Source: Vicugna vicugna (lineage: Eukaryota). Taken from it: a stretch of DNA of 64,000 bases. The notes under the pieces are model-generated. The model did not search any database and was not told the origin of the DNA. It was given only the letters and a program-made list of their open reading frames with translations. A program made the translations under genes and the position numbers. Below are positions 49,501-60,210 of the stretch, in pieces. Within the stretch, counting starts at the first letter, position 1; every line of letters starts with the position of its first letter. The stretch is from the NCBI GenBank assembly GCA_013265495.1, contig MU058221.1, positions 2,480,001-2,544,000 of the forward strand, given 5' to 3'.

Positions 49501-52287
49501 CCAGGTAAAAGCCAAAGGATGGGTTTCCTTCAGCCTGCTCCCTCTGGCAGCACCTTAAAAAACTCCTGGGGCTAAGACTGGTCTAAGAATGTCATTTGTC
49601 ATTTGAAAAGACTTTTTTTCCCTATATAAATATTCCAAAAACCTCTATACCAGGCCTGAACTTTAATCAGCTGGGAAGGTACTGCAGATGGAGGGTTAAT
49701 CCATCACGGTGTCCAAGAAGAGACGTGAGTCGTGGCCTTAAATTCTTCCCAGACGGTGCAGGACAATGAGATGAGCATCTTCTGTGGAAAGGGGGAAAAA
49801 AGATGCTACACCTTTAAAACTTAGATTCTCTTTTCAATGCTCAGGAGTTGTTAGAGGGGGTCAGAGCAAGTTTCTTGAAGCTTAAAGATCAATTAATTTA
49901 AGAAAAAAAAAGATTTCAAGTGTCATAAAACCTTAGTTAAAACGACCAGTTTCCCTTTTTCTCGCCTCCTCCCTCCCCCTCCCATTCCCCAAAGCAAGAG
50001 GCAGGCGCAGGAGCGTGAAATGACGTGAGCTAAATTCCTCTGTTTGTGCAGAAAACGTATTTGCTCGCTGACAGAGACACACAACCCAGAGACAACCACA
50101 CACACATACACACAAAGTTAGAACACAGCTTTCCATGGCCGTCATTTGCATCGCAGAGTCCTCTTTCCAATAATCTTTCACTAGATTTACGTGGACTTCA
50201 GATCTTCTCCACAACGTGGTGTTGAGTCATATGGGGGCGGGGGCTGCAGCATCTAACAAAGCAAGATTATTCTCTGACTTTTTGTCATCGCCACATTTAA
50301 AACAAGAAGAACGAAGGGAAGGAAAGTCTTGGGGATAGGAGAGAAGTTCCCCGGGTTCCAGTGTTCATATGTCCAGGGAGCAGGTGGATCTGGGCTTCGG
50401 CTGTGTGCCAGAAAGGGCTTGCTTCTGGAAGCCTGCCCTGTAGGCACAGCAGCTCAGCCCTTAATGCACCGAGCAGCTTTCGGTGCTGGGTTCCAGGAGG
50501 CTTCCTATGAGGAGATCAAATCAGTGGAATCCAAGGATTGAACTGAATCCCTCAACTGCACAATTTGGGGATTTTTTTTCCCCAGAAAAGATCTTCTAGA
50601 GGAAGTCTTTTTAGTGGGGTTTAATTACAGGTGCTCTTGCAACCCCTGGCCTCCCAATGATGTGCTGTTCACAGTGGCCTCCCCGAATGATCATTCTGAG
50701 ACTAAATCCAAAATGCCCTCCTCAGAGTTGTCAGCGCATCCCTCTTCTAGAACATTATGAGTCTCAGTGGGTGTTGCGCGCATGGTGCGTGTTCTAATGT
50801 CCTGCCTAATTATAAACAAGATAGGGTGAAGTTTCCTGGCCAGGAAGAACGAGTTTGTGTGTGTGTGTGTGGAAGAAGCTCCTTCCCAAGGCTCAACATC
50901 TTAGAGACATTTGCAAAACATTTCTCTTGCAGGAGCCTCTTGCAAGCAGTATTCTTAGGCACGTTGGCTTCTCCATAGGTGGGAGAGAACTCTGTTCCCA
51001 GTCCTCAGCTTAAGTAAACCTCCTGGTGATGCCATTTCAAACAGCTGAGTATGCCTCTTTAGATAAGAGGCTGGAGGTATTTGCATATGGGGAGAGGGTG
51101 GTGGTCGCTTTTTTTGCCCCCGCCCCTCTCCCTGCTGTTTGGACTTCCCCCTTACAACAGAAAAAGGAAAAAGAAAATTCCTGTCTGTAGGGCCCTCCTA
51201 AGGAATGGGCACCTGAGCCTGAGAAAGGCTTCCGGCCACGGACAACACGAGTTCACTGGCTGTCATCCGTGGTGGTGCGTTTCCATCACGCACTGGCTTA
51301 AGTTGTGACCTAAGGAAAGACCCCTCCCCTCCCCCACGTACTCCTCTCCCTTTCCCTTCCCCACACCCACCAGCTGCTACTACTGCTTAATTCAAGAAAC
51401 AGCCTACGTCTCCATAGACCTGGAAACCTATGAAGGCTGGGAAGGGGCAGCCACTGACCCCCACACAGGAAAAAAAAAACAACACAGGGAAAGCAAGCAT
51501 GACAGAAGGGTTAGGGTGATGTCCGGGCAGTCTGTCCCGGGTTAACAAATTATTCCTGTCTCACTAATACTCCGAACACAGGATCCAGAGCTGATTTTTC
51601 CCCATCCCGCCCCCCCATCGCTTCTGGATGGCGTCTGCCCTGAAGCCCACTGCCGCAAGCAGCACCCAGCGAGGGGGTCTTCCCGGGGGCGGGGCTCCCC
51701 ACTGCGCCCCTCAGTAACGGGGGCGCGTGTCGCTGCTGAGAGCCAAGCCTGCTGCAGTCTAGCAGCGCGCTCCAGAAGGCGCAGCTTTCCTCACCAAGCA
51801 TTCGGATTCTGCTTCCATTCCCTCCGCCAGACCACGGGGAGCAGGAGCCGAGGGTCGTTCGCTTGGGAGAGGCTGGAAAAGGGCACCAGGGCTACAAAGT
51901 TTGGTGAATCAGAGACATCTGAGAATAATAAACCAGTGGCGTTTGGGGGTGAGATTCTGAATTGATTTGAAAGATCCTTGGATTAAGTGCAAAAAAAATG
52001 TCTCTTGTTCATGGGAAAACCAGTCTGGCACTGCCTTTTAAAAAGCTCAGCCTTATAAAGGCTGAGCTGTGATGGTCAGCCCTCAGCCCACCTTTCACTT
52101 GCTTCAAAGTGGCTGGATTGCACTGCAAACCCCTCTAAAACTAATACAAAGGGTCTCGGTTTTTTCAGTCCTTCCAGGTGGGGTACATCCCCCTGATAAG
52201 CTGCGTTTGCCCTTCTTGATGTTTCAAAATCAGCTGCTACTTTGCTCCTGAATTTCTGAATTTTCCCTCTGGCCAGTACATCCCCCT

Positions 52288-52306
52288 ACACACACAGACA
52301 CTCACA

Positions 52307-52350
<44 letters not shown>
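52288..52350. repeat. (CA)n microsatellite just downstream of the LRRTM1 poly(A) site
   Basis: Read directly; the pure run spans about 52308-52350. Confidence 0.95.
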
Positions 52351-52352
<2 letters not shown>

Positions 52353-52438
52353 GAAGAAAAAATTAACTGTTGCTTCCCTTTCAACACAGGCAACAATTCA
52401 TTTAGGTTCCACCAGTCTGTACAAACTGTAAATGCTAT

Positions 52439-52444
52439 TTTATT
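52439..52444 (-). terminator. LRRTM1 polyadenylation signal AATAAA
   Basis: tttatt on + is AATAAA on -, about 360 nt after the stop codon, followed by U/GU-rich sequence and a (TG)n tract. Confidence 0.7.
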
Positions 52445-52803
52445 TTAAACATTTTTAGTTTACAAAAAAAAATCAATGAGTGGTACCTTTTTTTTTTTAA
52501 CACTCTCAGATTCCTGAATATGGGCAGATCTTCAAAGGGAGGAAGGAGTTCTCATATGAAATTTAAGACAGACTGTCCTGAAGGTTGTGGGGTGGGGTTC
52601 TGTTGTGTTTGATCTCTTTTTGTTTGTTTGTTTGTTTTTAAGACACAATAAAGCTAAAATGGCAAGTCTCTGGGAGAGATCCCCTTGGAGTTTCAGTCAA
52701 GGAGCACAGCAGAGCACAGACAGGGGACCCAGCCGGGCGCTCGCCGGCCGCCCCGGCTGCCCAGGCGTATTTGGTAGCGCACGGTTGAGAGCCGCTGGGG
52801 CAG

Positions 52804-54372
52804 TCACACCTCGCATTCCCTGGCGGGCTGCTGGTGGCAGGTGCACGAGCCGTACTCGTTGATGATGACCAGGGCGCCCTCGATGTGGTTCGGTTTGTAA
52901 TCAACGTAGTACTCCTGGGCAGACATGGCAGCCATCTGATGCATGGTCTGTTTCTGCTTCTGCTTCCTGCGCTGCGTGACAAAGCACTGTCTGAGCTGCC
53001 TGAGGCTGGCTGGGAAACACTTCCAGGAGACGTAGAGCACCAGGACCACGATGAGGAAGGAGAAGATGAGGGCCATGGTGCCGGTGACCACCTTGTGGAT
53101 CTGCACGGCGTTCTCGGCGTGCTCGCCGCCGGGGAGCGCCACGGTAGCCGGCTCGGGCGAGCCGTCCGGCTGCCCCTCCCTGCCGTCGGCGAGCGTGGCG
53201 GCCGGGCTGGCGGGGGGCCCCAGGTCGCTGCGGTTGGTGACGGCCGAGAACAGGTGGCCGCTGGTGGGCTCGGCCCCCTCCTCGCACAGGTGGAAGGCGT
53301 ACACGGCGTCCAGGACGTCCTCGCCCTGCGCGTACTCGGGGCTGGCGCACTGCAAGTTGCCATCGTAGCGCCCCTGGAAGTTGCTGAGCCACGAGGCCAG
53401 GGCGCACACGTTGCGCCCACAGTCCCACAGGTTCCCGGCCAGGGTGATGCTCGCCAGCGACTTCCAGGAGTTGAGGATGCGGGGCTCGATGTAGGTGAGG
53501 CGGTTGGAGTCCAGCTGCAGGGACTGCAGGTGCGGCACGGTCTCGAACACGTGGGGCTCCATGTACTCGATCTCGTTGCCCGACAGGTCCATTTTCTCCA
53601 GGTTCCACACCCAGTCCAGCGAGCTGACCACGATGGCCACCTTGTTCCGCCGCAGGCAGAGCGAGTGCAGGGAGACGAGGCGCGGGAAGTGCGCGAAGTT
53701 CACCTTCACCAAGTCGTTGTGCTCCAGGTGCAGCTCGGTGAGCTTGAACAAGCCGGCGAAGGAGTTGCGCGCCAGGCTCTTGAGCTGATTGTATCCGATG
53801 TCGAGAAACTTGAGGCTGCGGCAGTCCTGGAAGATGCGCACGGGCACGAACTGGATGGCGTTGGCCCGCATGTGCAGCGCGGTGAGCTTCCGCAGCCCGT
53901 GGAAGAGGTCGGGCGCCAGCGCCTGCAGCTTGTTGTAGGAGAGGTCCACGCTGCGCAGGTTGGGCATGGGCCGGAAGGTGGTGTTGGCCAGCTGGGTGAT
54001 CTGGTTGGAACTCAGGGTGAGCTCCTTAACCCGGCGCAGTTTCTGAAAGGCGTCCCCCTGCACCGAGCAGATGTGGTTGTGGTCCAGATAGAGCCACGTG
54101 AGCTGCATTAACCCCGTGAACTGGCCGGCGCGCAGCTCCGGGAGGCGGTTGTGGCGCAGGGACAGGCCCAGCAGGCCCGACAGGTTGTGCGGCGCCTCGG
54201 TGAGGTTGAGCGCCTCGCAGTACAGCAGCCGCCCCTCGCACCGGCACAGCTGCGGGCACCCGCTGGGGGCGGCGGGCAGCATCTGAAAGCAGGCCCCCAG
54301 CAAACACAAGACCACCCCCGAGGGCGTCCTCAGCAGCCAGTGTAGACAGAGACCGAGCAGCAGGAAATCCAT
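52804..54372 (-). CDS. LRRTM1: Leucine-rich repeat transmembrane neuronal protein 1 (522 aa)
   Basis: Intact [13 protein letters not shown]...ARECEV. Signal peptide, LRRNT (CPQLCRC), about 10 LxxLxLxxN repeats, LRRCT ([10 protein letters not shown]...C), TM helix ([23 protein letters not shown]) and the C-terminal ECEV motif of LRRTMs. Length and sequence match LRRTM1 as I recall it. Confidence 0.99.
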   Translation of the reverse strand: MDFLLLGLCLHWLLRTPSGVVLCLLGACFQMLPAAPSGCPQLCRCEGRLLYCEALNLTEAPHNLSGLLGLSLRHNRLPELRAGQFTGLMQLTWLYLDHNHICSVQGDAFQKLRRVKELTLSSNQITQLANTTFRPMPNLRSVDLSYNKLQALAPDLFHGLRKLTALHMRANAIQFVPVRIFQDCRSLKFLDIGYNQLKSLARNSFAGLFKLTELHLEHNDLVKVNFAHFPRLVSLHSLCLRRNKVAIVVSSLDWVWNLEKMDLSGNEIEYMEPHVFETVPHLQSLQLDSNRLTYIEPRILNSWKSLASITLAGNLWDCGRNVCALASWLSNFQGRYDGNLQCASPEYAQGEDVLDAVYAFHLCEEGAEPTSGHLFSAVTNRSDLGPPASPAATLADGREGQPDGSPEPATVALPGGEHAENAVQIHKVVTGTMALIFSFLIVVLVLYVSWKCFPASLRQLRQCFVTQRRKQKQKQTMHQMAAMSAQEYYVDYKPNHIEGALVIINEYGSCTCHQQPARECEV

Positions 54373-54431
54373 TAGCGAGAATCTTTCCAGAGAGGCTGGA
54401 GAATGTCCATTGGAAGCGCTCGGTCAGAAAT

Positions 54432-54695
54432 CTACATCATATTTTATTCCGAGGGAGGGGGAGCGGGGGAGGGGGAGAAAAGGGCAAAAATCAAATAAAT
54501 ACATTGCAAGAAGGAAGGACCCCCCTCCCCAAAGCCACACGTTCACCTCTAAGCATGCAGAAAGCTGAGCAGCTAGAAAGTTCACAGCCACGGAAAGATC
54601 AAAGAGATGGTGATTTGGTCCATGTTAGATGCTGCAGCAAAGAAAAGGGAGGAAAAAAAATCTTCGGGAAAGAATTTAATTAAAAAGTGTCTTAC
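54432..54695 (-). other. LRRTM1: LRRTM1 5'UTR intron
   Basis: Minus-strand donor TGG|GTAAGA (GT at 54695-54694), with an alternative AGG|GTGGGT (GT at 54699-54698). A C-rich pyrimidine tract precedes the first AG (TGTAG|ATTTC, AG at 54433-54432), 59 nt upstream of the ATG. Confidence 0.75.
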
Positions 54696-54975
54696 CCACC
54701 CTTTTCCAGAGAGTGACAACCTCCATTCAGCTGCTCCCTTTGTGTGCAGGCTAATTATATGCAGGGCGAGAGAAGACCCCTCTGTGTTTCCGAGGCAGTC
54801 CCGGGCCGCGGCCGGCGGATCTGGCAGGCGCACAATGTCTCACTTTGCTGCTCGGCTCGGGGCTGCAAGGGCGGCCGGCGAGGCGGGGAGGCGACTTCGA
54901 GGACCCGCGAGTTTCCCAACTGCGTGCGGGAGCCGGGGCTTCGCCTTCCTGCCGCTGCCCTTTCTCTCTGCAGCT
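54696..54975 (-). other. LRRTM1: LRRTM1 non-coding first exon (5' boundary approximate)
   Basis: Sequence between the donor and the GC-rich promoter core. The TSS cannot be fixed from sequence alone. Confidence 0.55.
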
Positions 54976-56901
54976 CGGACTGTGACGTTGTGGGGAGGGG
55001 AAAAAAAGAAAACAACAAACTCGGGGCTCGCGACTCCCCAGGATTTGACAGCCCGGCGGCTGTCCGTCATCGGAGAGGACCGCTGGCCGGCGCCCCTTTC
55101 GCTCCGCGGGGACCGCCGGCCACGCGCGCCCGGGGCGGCTGCGCGGGGCGGGCTCGCTCGTGCCGCGCGGGCGGCGGCAGCGGCGGCGGCGGCGCGGGGC
55201 GCGGGGCGCGGCGCCCGGGCTCCTTGCCTCCGCCAGGCGGTGTGCGGCGCGAGCCTGCACCGGCACCTACTGCTCACTGAGTGTCGTAAGCTGCTCGCGA
55301 TTGTGCGTCGTCCCGGAGCACCTCCGACACGGGCGGGCTGACAAGGGGGTGGGCACACCACCAGCATTTTACCGAGCCGCCGAAGTAATGTATGTTCTCT
55401 GATGAAATGGCAAACACTTGCAGCTTTTTGGTCCTTATTGCAGAAGAAAAGTAAGGAGATGGAGGCGGTGGGGGAGGGGAGCATCAGCACGACAAGGCAT
55501 TTCCAAGTGGGAGGCTGGAATGTTCTGTTCCGCCCCCCTTCCCTTGGGGGGACGTTGCCCCCTCCCCCTTGAAAGCTGTCTACGTGTGAGATACGTAGGA
55601 ATCTGTAGAGAAAATCAACATTTGGTCCTTTGCTTTAGAAAAGCAACTTGAGAGGAGAGGAAGGCAGTGGCTGTGGGGGCTTAGTGGCTCAGGTTTTTGG
55701 GGGTTTTTTTTCTTTTCTTTTCCCTGCGGGCACCGGAGTTCTGCAGGCAGCCGGCCCTTTTAGGTGGTGGATGGGGGAGGCTTTCCAAACTCAGCGGATT
55801 TGGGAAGCCATCCCGGTGCCGGCGGGGCGAGACCCAGGGTGGCAGAAACGTATGTCTGGGCACAGGGAGTCGTTTCTTGCCCGCGATCCCGCCGGGGCTT
55901 CACCAGAGATGTCTGTGGGGTCCCCGGTGGATTAAAGAAAGATCCTGCCGCCTGGCACTGGGAGGGCTGCCCCTGACGTGCTGCTCATGGTGGTCACAGA
56001 GCCCCGCAGTGCACTCCACTCCAGAGGGTGTGCGAGAGAATGAGCAGAGAACGGGTGGCTTAAACCCTAGTGGATTCTACCCCCTTCCACACACTGCCCC
56101 CATTTCAGCTTTGAGGCTGTCCCTCGATTGTGTCTTCTGAGTATGAAGACGAGTCTTTGATTATTTCCGTGAACAACCATCTCCCCGTGGGCTCCTTAAG
56201 CTTCTTACAATGAGCTCTGTCTTGTTGCAGCTGGTCTGGAGAGGGTCTGCATTGCTATTGTCAGGGACCTGTTGGACATCTGCTTTAAAAACAAACGAAA
56301 AAGATGACAGAGAAACCTCCTGGAAGTGAGTGTGGACAAGCCCACCTTCTTGACAAAGATACCCAAGGAGGTGACAGGGAGAATCAAATGTGAATCTCCG
56401 CTCCTCTCTTTGGATTCCCATCATTTCTGACTCTTAGGAGCTGATAGTAAGTGGGCACTATCTGTGGGTTGCACTCATGCTGACACGAATGAGGTGGATT
56501 GCCAAAGCTCCCAGGCTGGCTGGGCTTTGGACAAGTAATTACATCCAAGCTGAAGACACCAACCAGTGGAATCAAAGTCACCAAAGTCTGGTGGCACTTT
56601 TCAGGAAAAGCCATAAGAACAGGGGCATGAATCATTCCGTTCTGTATTCATCTGAGCTCCGCCCTGGTCGTTCATCTCTGAGATGCAGCATTTAATTGGA
56701 AAACAATAATCTGAAATGCCCTAGACGTCACATGCCGTCTTAGGGGCTTAAAGAGACATTAGAAGACCATCCCCATTAATTTTGCATGTGGTGGAGCTGA
56801 GGCACAGAGACACTGGGTGATTATCCAAGGTCTTAGCTTGTTCCTGGGATGGACAGGTTTTTTCCTGTCCCACACCGAAGTGGTGGTCTTCCTTTCCCAT
56901 T

Positions 56902-57012
56902 TGTGGGGTTAGGTTTATCTGTTTAATTGCTTTTTTGATGGAGGTACTGGGGATTGAACCCAGGACCTCACGCATGGCATGCGCTCTACCACTTGAGCTA
57001 TGCCCTGCCCCC
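56902..57012 (-). mobile_element. tRNA-derived SINE (Vic-1-like), almost tailless
   Basis: Full A/B-box body. Perfect 14-bp TSD cttcctttcccatt (56888-56901 / 57013-57026). Confidence 0.88.
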
Positions 57013-58996
57013 CTTCCTTTCCCATTCTTGATGTTTGCCTCTCTTGTCATTCTTGCCTCCTTCCTCACTCTGGCCTGGGCACCTGCAGGTTTTGTCCTGG
57101 CACCTCCAAGGTGCTGCAGAACACTGTAACAGACAAACAGCTTCGCCATCAAGTGTTTTCACCTTTTGCCAAGACAGTTACTCCTGGCAGCGGGCTGGCT
57201 GATTGAGCGATAAACGCTAAAGGGTTGGGGAGCCGGGGCAGGCAGGGGTGAACACTGGCCAACCATTCAGCAAGTGTCATCTGGACAAGCCACCCAATCC
57301 CCATGGATGCAGGGAAGAAAATTCTCCTAATGCAGGCAGCTTGGCAAAGTGGCGTTGGAGCCTGCCAAATGGGCAAGAAGAGGACCCACTTTGGATGTCA
57401 CTTGATTTGTAGGGCTGGTACAGAGAGGCAGAAAAGAGTTGAGTGTTGGCAAGAAGGAGAGAGAATAAAATTAAATTCACTGCATTTATATGTGAGTTTT
57501 CATCTAAGTATGCTACTCAAAACGTAGAAGATGTGTCTAGGATGTAATTAAAAATATATATATGTATATATATATATATTGCTTTTCACATTATTATCCT
57601 GCAGATCATCTCATCTGGATGGTATCTTTAAACCTTTCCCACTTCTAATGTGGCAAGTTTGAATCTTTTCTACGGTTTTAAACCCCTTGGCAGAACCGTA
57701 TACATTAACAGATTGAAATGAGCTTTATTGAAATTTAGCTATTCTAAGTCATCTAAGTTGCAGAATCCCAATTTATTATGTATTTAAAGCATACCATCCC
57801 TGATTAAATCAATGCAAATTAGGTTAAAGCAGAACAACATGAATCAAGGGTTTCAGCAAAGTTGAGTCGAGAAACGACAACTTTTGAGTCACCACAGCAA
57901 GTTAACACGGCTGTTTTTCACTAGTTTTAATTTCATGCTTCTTAGGGTCCAACACACTGAAAAATGGAAAAAAAAAAAAGGAAAGAGATCACCTAAATTT
58001 CTCTCTTTCTTCATGTTTGATCTTTCGTATCTCTTGACCTGTCTTGTGAGAACATCTGATTTACCAAGTTGCACACTTGGAAAACACCACTGACATTTCC
58101 GTGTTTGTATGGGGAAAGAGACGGAGCCTGTCTTGCTGAACCACCATATAGTAGTTGGGCATCAAAAAAAAAAAAAAACCACCATAAGCCATCAGCTAGC
58201 ATGTGATTGGGAACTGGGGGAAGAAAGGATAGGAATCTTGAAAATGTGGATTCAGCAAACGGGAAGGAACTCTGGGTACATGAAGTATGAGTCTGATTGC
58301 CGAAACACAGTCTGGCACCAAAGAGGAGGTAGAGGAGGAAGCTTGGCGCAGCTGGAGAAGCCAGAAGTATGACTTGGAGGAGGGGGAGGCACCCCATTCC
58401 TCCTCCCCTGAACCTTACACATTGCCCTTCGCATAACTAGCCCTGCTGCTTTTCCTTCATACTTTGTGTTGTAATGAGGTTGGAGGAGGGGGCGGTCCCA
58501 TACAGGGTTGTGTGGTTTTTTTTAATGTGTTCTACCTCTTCCCATTTCATCTCACCTGAAGGCCACCTCCAGTTTGATCACCTGCGTCAAAATAGTTTGT
58601 GAACCAAGAGATGCAAAGTGAAAACTCTCTGAAATGCACATGCTTTCTGGGGGCTGGCCTTCCATCAGCAGTCTTTGGCAGTGCTCAAGGAAAGAGAAAT
58701 TCGAGTGGTGATTTTAATGTTCTCTCAGCCTGGACCTTGATCTTTATGTGGTTGCCTTTAATTTTCAGCAGCAATGAGCCATGGCTTTTCTTTAAAAGGA
58801 AACATTTAGAGGTATGGGAGGACAGTGGGAGACAATTTCAAAAGAAGAGAATTAACGCTGTTGTTTCTGTGGGCACACAGCATACAGCTGGCACCTTACA
58901 GAGTGCCTCTGTGGACGCACAAGGGGCCAAAGGATGAGGGCAGTGAGGCTTCTCTTGGGAGAGCTACTTAGCAGGAACCCTTTAGAAAAAGAAATT

Positions 58997-59215
58997 TGGG
59001 TTTGCAGATATAATTACTGTATATAAAACAGATAAACAACGAGGTCCTGCTGTATAGCACAGGGAACCATATTCAATACCTTGGCTCATGATGAAAAAGA
59101 ATATGAAAAGGAATGTGTGTGTGTGTGTGTGTGTGTAAATGTATCACTATGCTATACACCAGAAATTAACGCAACATTGTAAGTTGACAATACGTCAGTT
59201 TAAAAAGAAAGAAAT
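58997..59215 (+). mobile_element. L1 3'UTR tail with internal (GT)n
   Basis: tatataaaacagataaacaacgaggtcctgctgtatagcacagggaaccatattcaata. Confidence 0.85.
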
Positions 59216-60210
59216 TAATTTATAAAAGGTCATTTTTCTTATCAAACTGTGTCCTCCTCTTAGAACAGACCAGTAGCATGGATGGCACTGAGGCAGCGCC
59301 TACTGTGTTTACTGTATGATGTCCAGTCATGGGGGTGAAGACGTGCAGTGACTCCTTGCTTTCCTCCTGGAACTCCAGGTAGGAGAGAGGAGCAGAGGCC
59401 GAAGGGCTTATTTATATATTGTTTAGAATAAGTAATATTTAATTAGTATAAGTAATACATTGAAAAATCTTTTTGAGAAGCAGTCTGTTGGAGCCCTCAC
59501 AAACCCTAGCCTGAAAGAGTAAGCCAGGTGTCGTTCATTTCCGAATTTTAAAACTGAGACATTGGAGGGCCAGAAACGTCGGGCCAGGATTGCCCAAGAA
59601 CTTGGACAAAAAGCTCCCTTCTTCTGAATCTTGTTCTCTGTCCTGTTAGATCTCAGACACACAGAATGCAAAGCCTGCGTCTGTCTCAGTACCTAGCACG
59701 TAGTGGGGCTCTTAATGAAGCGTGGATTTGCCATCAGTGCGGGAGTCAAACACAGAGCCCTTGTGCGTGCTGGCTTTAGGCATCTACTGGCTCTATATTA
59801 TACCTCGGGTGTCTTAACACAGCCACTCTGTGTGCATTTCTCATGAGTGTTGAAAGTTTACTCTTATATTACAGAAAAAGAAAAAAAAATTTAATTTAAA
59901 ATGAAATTTGTCACCTAAAATTCAGCCACTTGGAGATAAACTATTAAGTCTGGAGTACATATTCTCTTAGAATTTGTATCTCACATATGTTTATATTTTC
60001 TGAAAATATATTGTGCATATTACTTTGTAACTTTTCTTATTGTCAACATTTTCCGATATCCAGAATAGAAATGGATAGGATCATCTTCAGTGGCTACAAA
60101 CCATTCTATTTATCTGACCCACCTCCTCTTTTTTTACCAATTAGGTTTTTTTTTTCTTCTAATTTTTAGCCATTATAAAATGACTGGGATGAACACCCTC
60201 ATGCATACAC

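Larger units (their letters stand above)
52730..55400. promoter_or_regulatory. CpG island covering the LRRTM1 CDS and a probably bidirectional promoter
   Basis: Very dense CpG/GC content at 52730-54350 and 54790-55400, GC boxes (ggggcgggc) and a (GCG)n run near 55171-55195. Confidence 0.85.

Noticed and set aside
52834..54111. 425-aa + strand ORF, and the 260-aa and 235-aa alternative-frame ORFs over LRRTM1
   Set aside because: Shadow ORFs caused by the very high third-position GC of the LRRTM1 CDS. No recognisable protein.
54607..55490. Ala/Arg/Gly-rich ORFs of 170-244 aa on both strands
   Set aside because: Expected in stop-poor CpG-island DNA.
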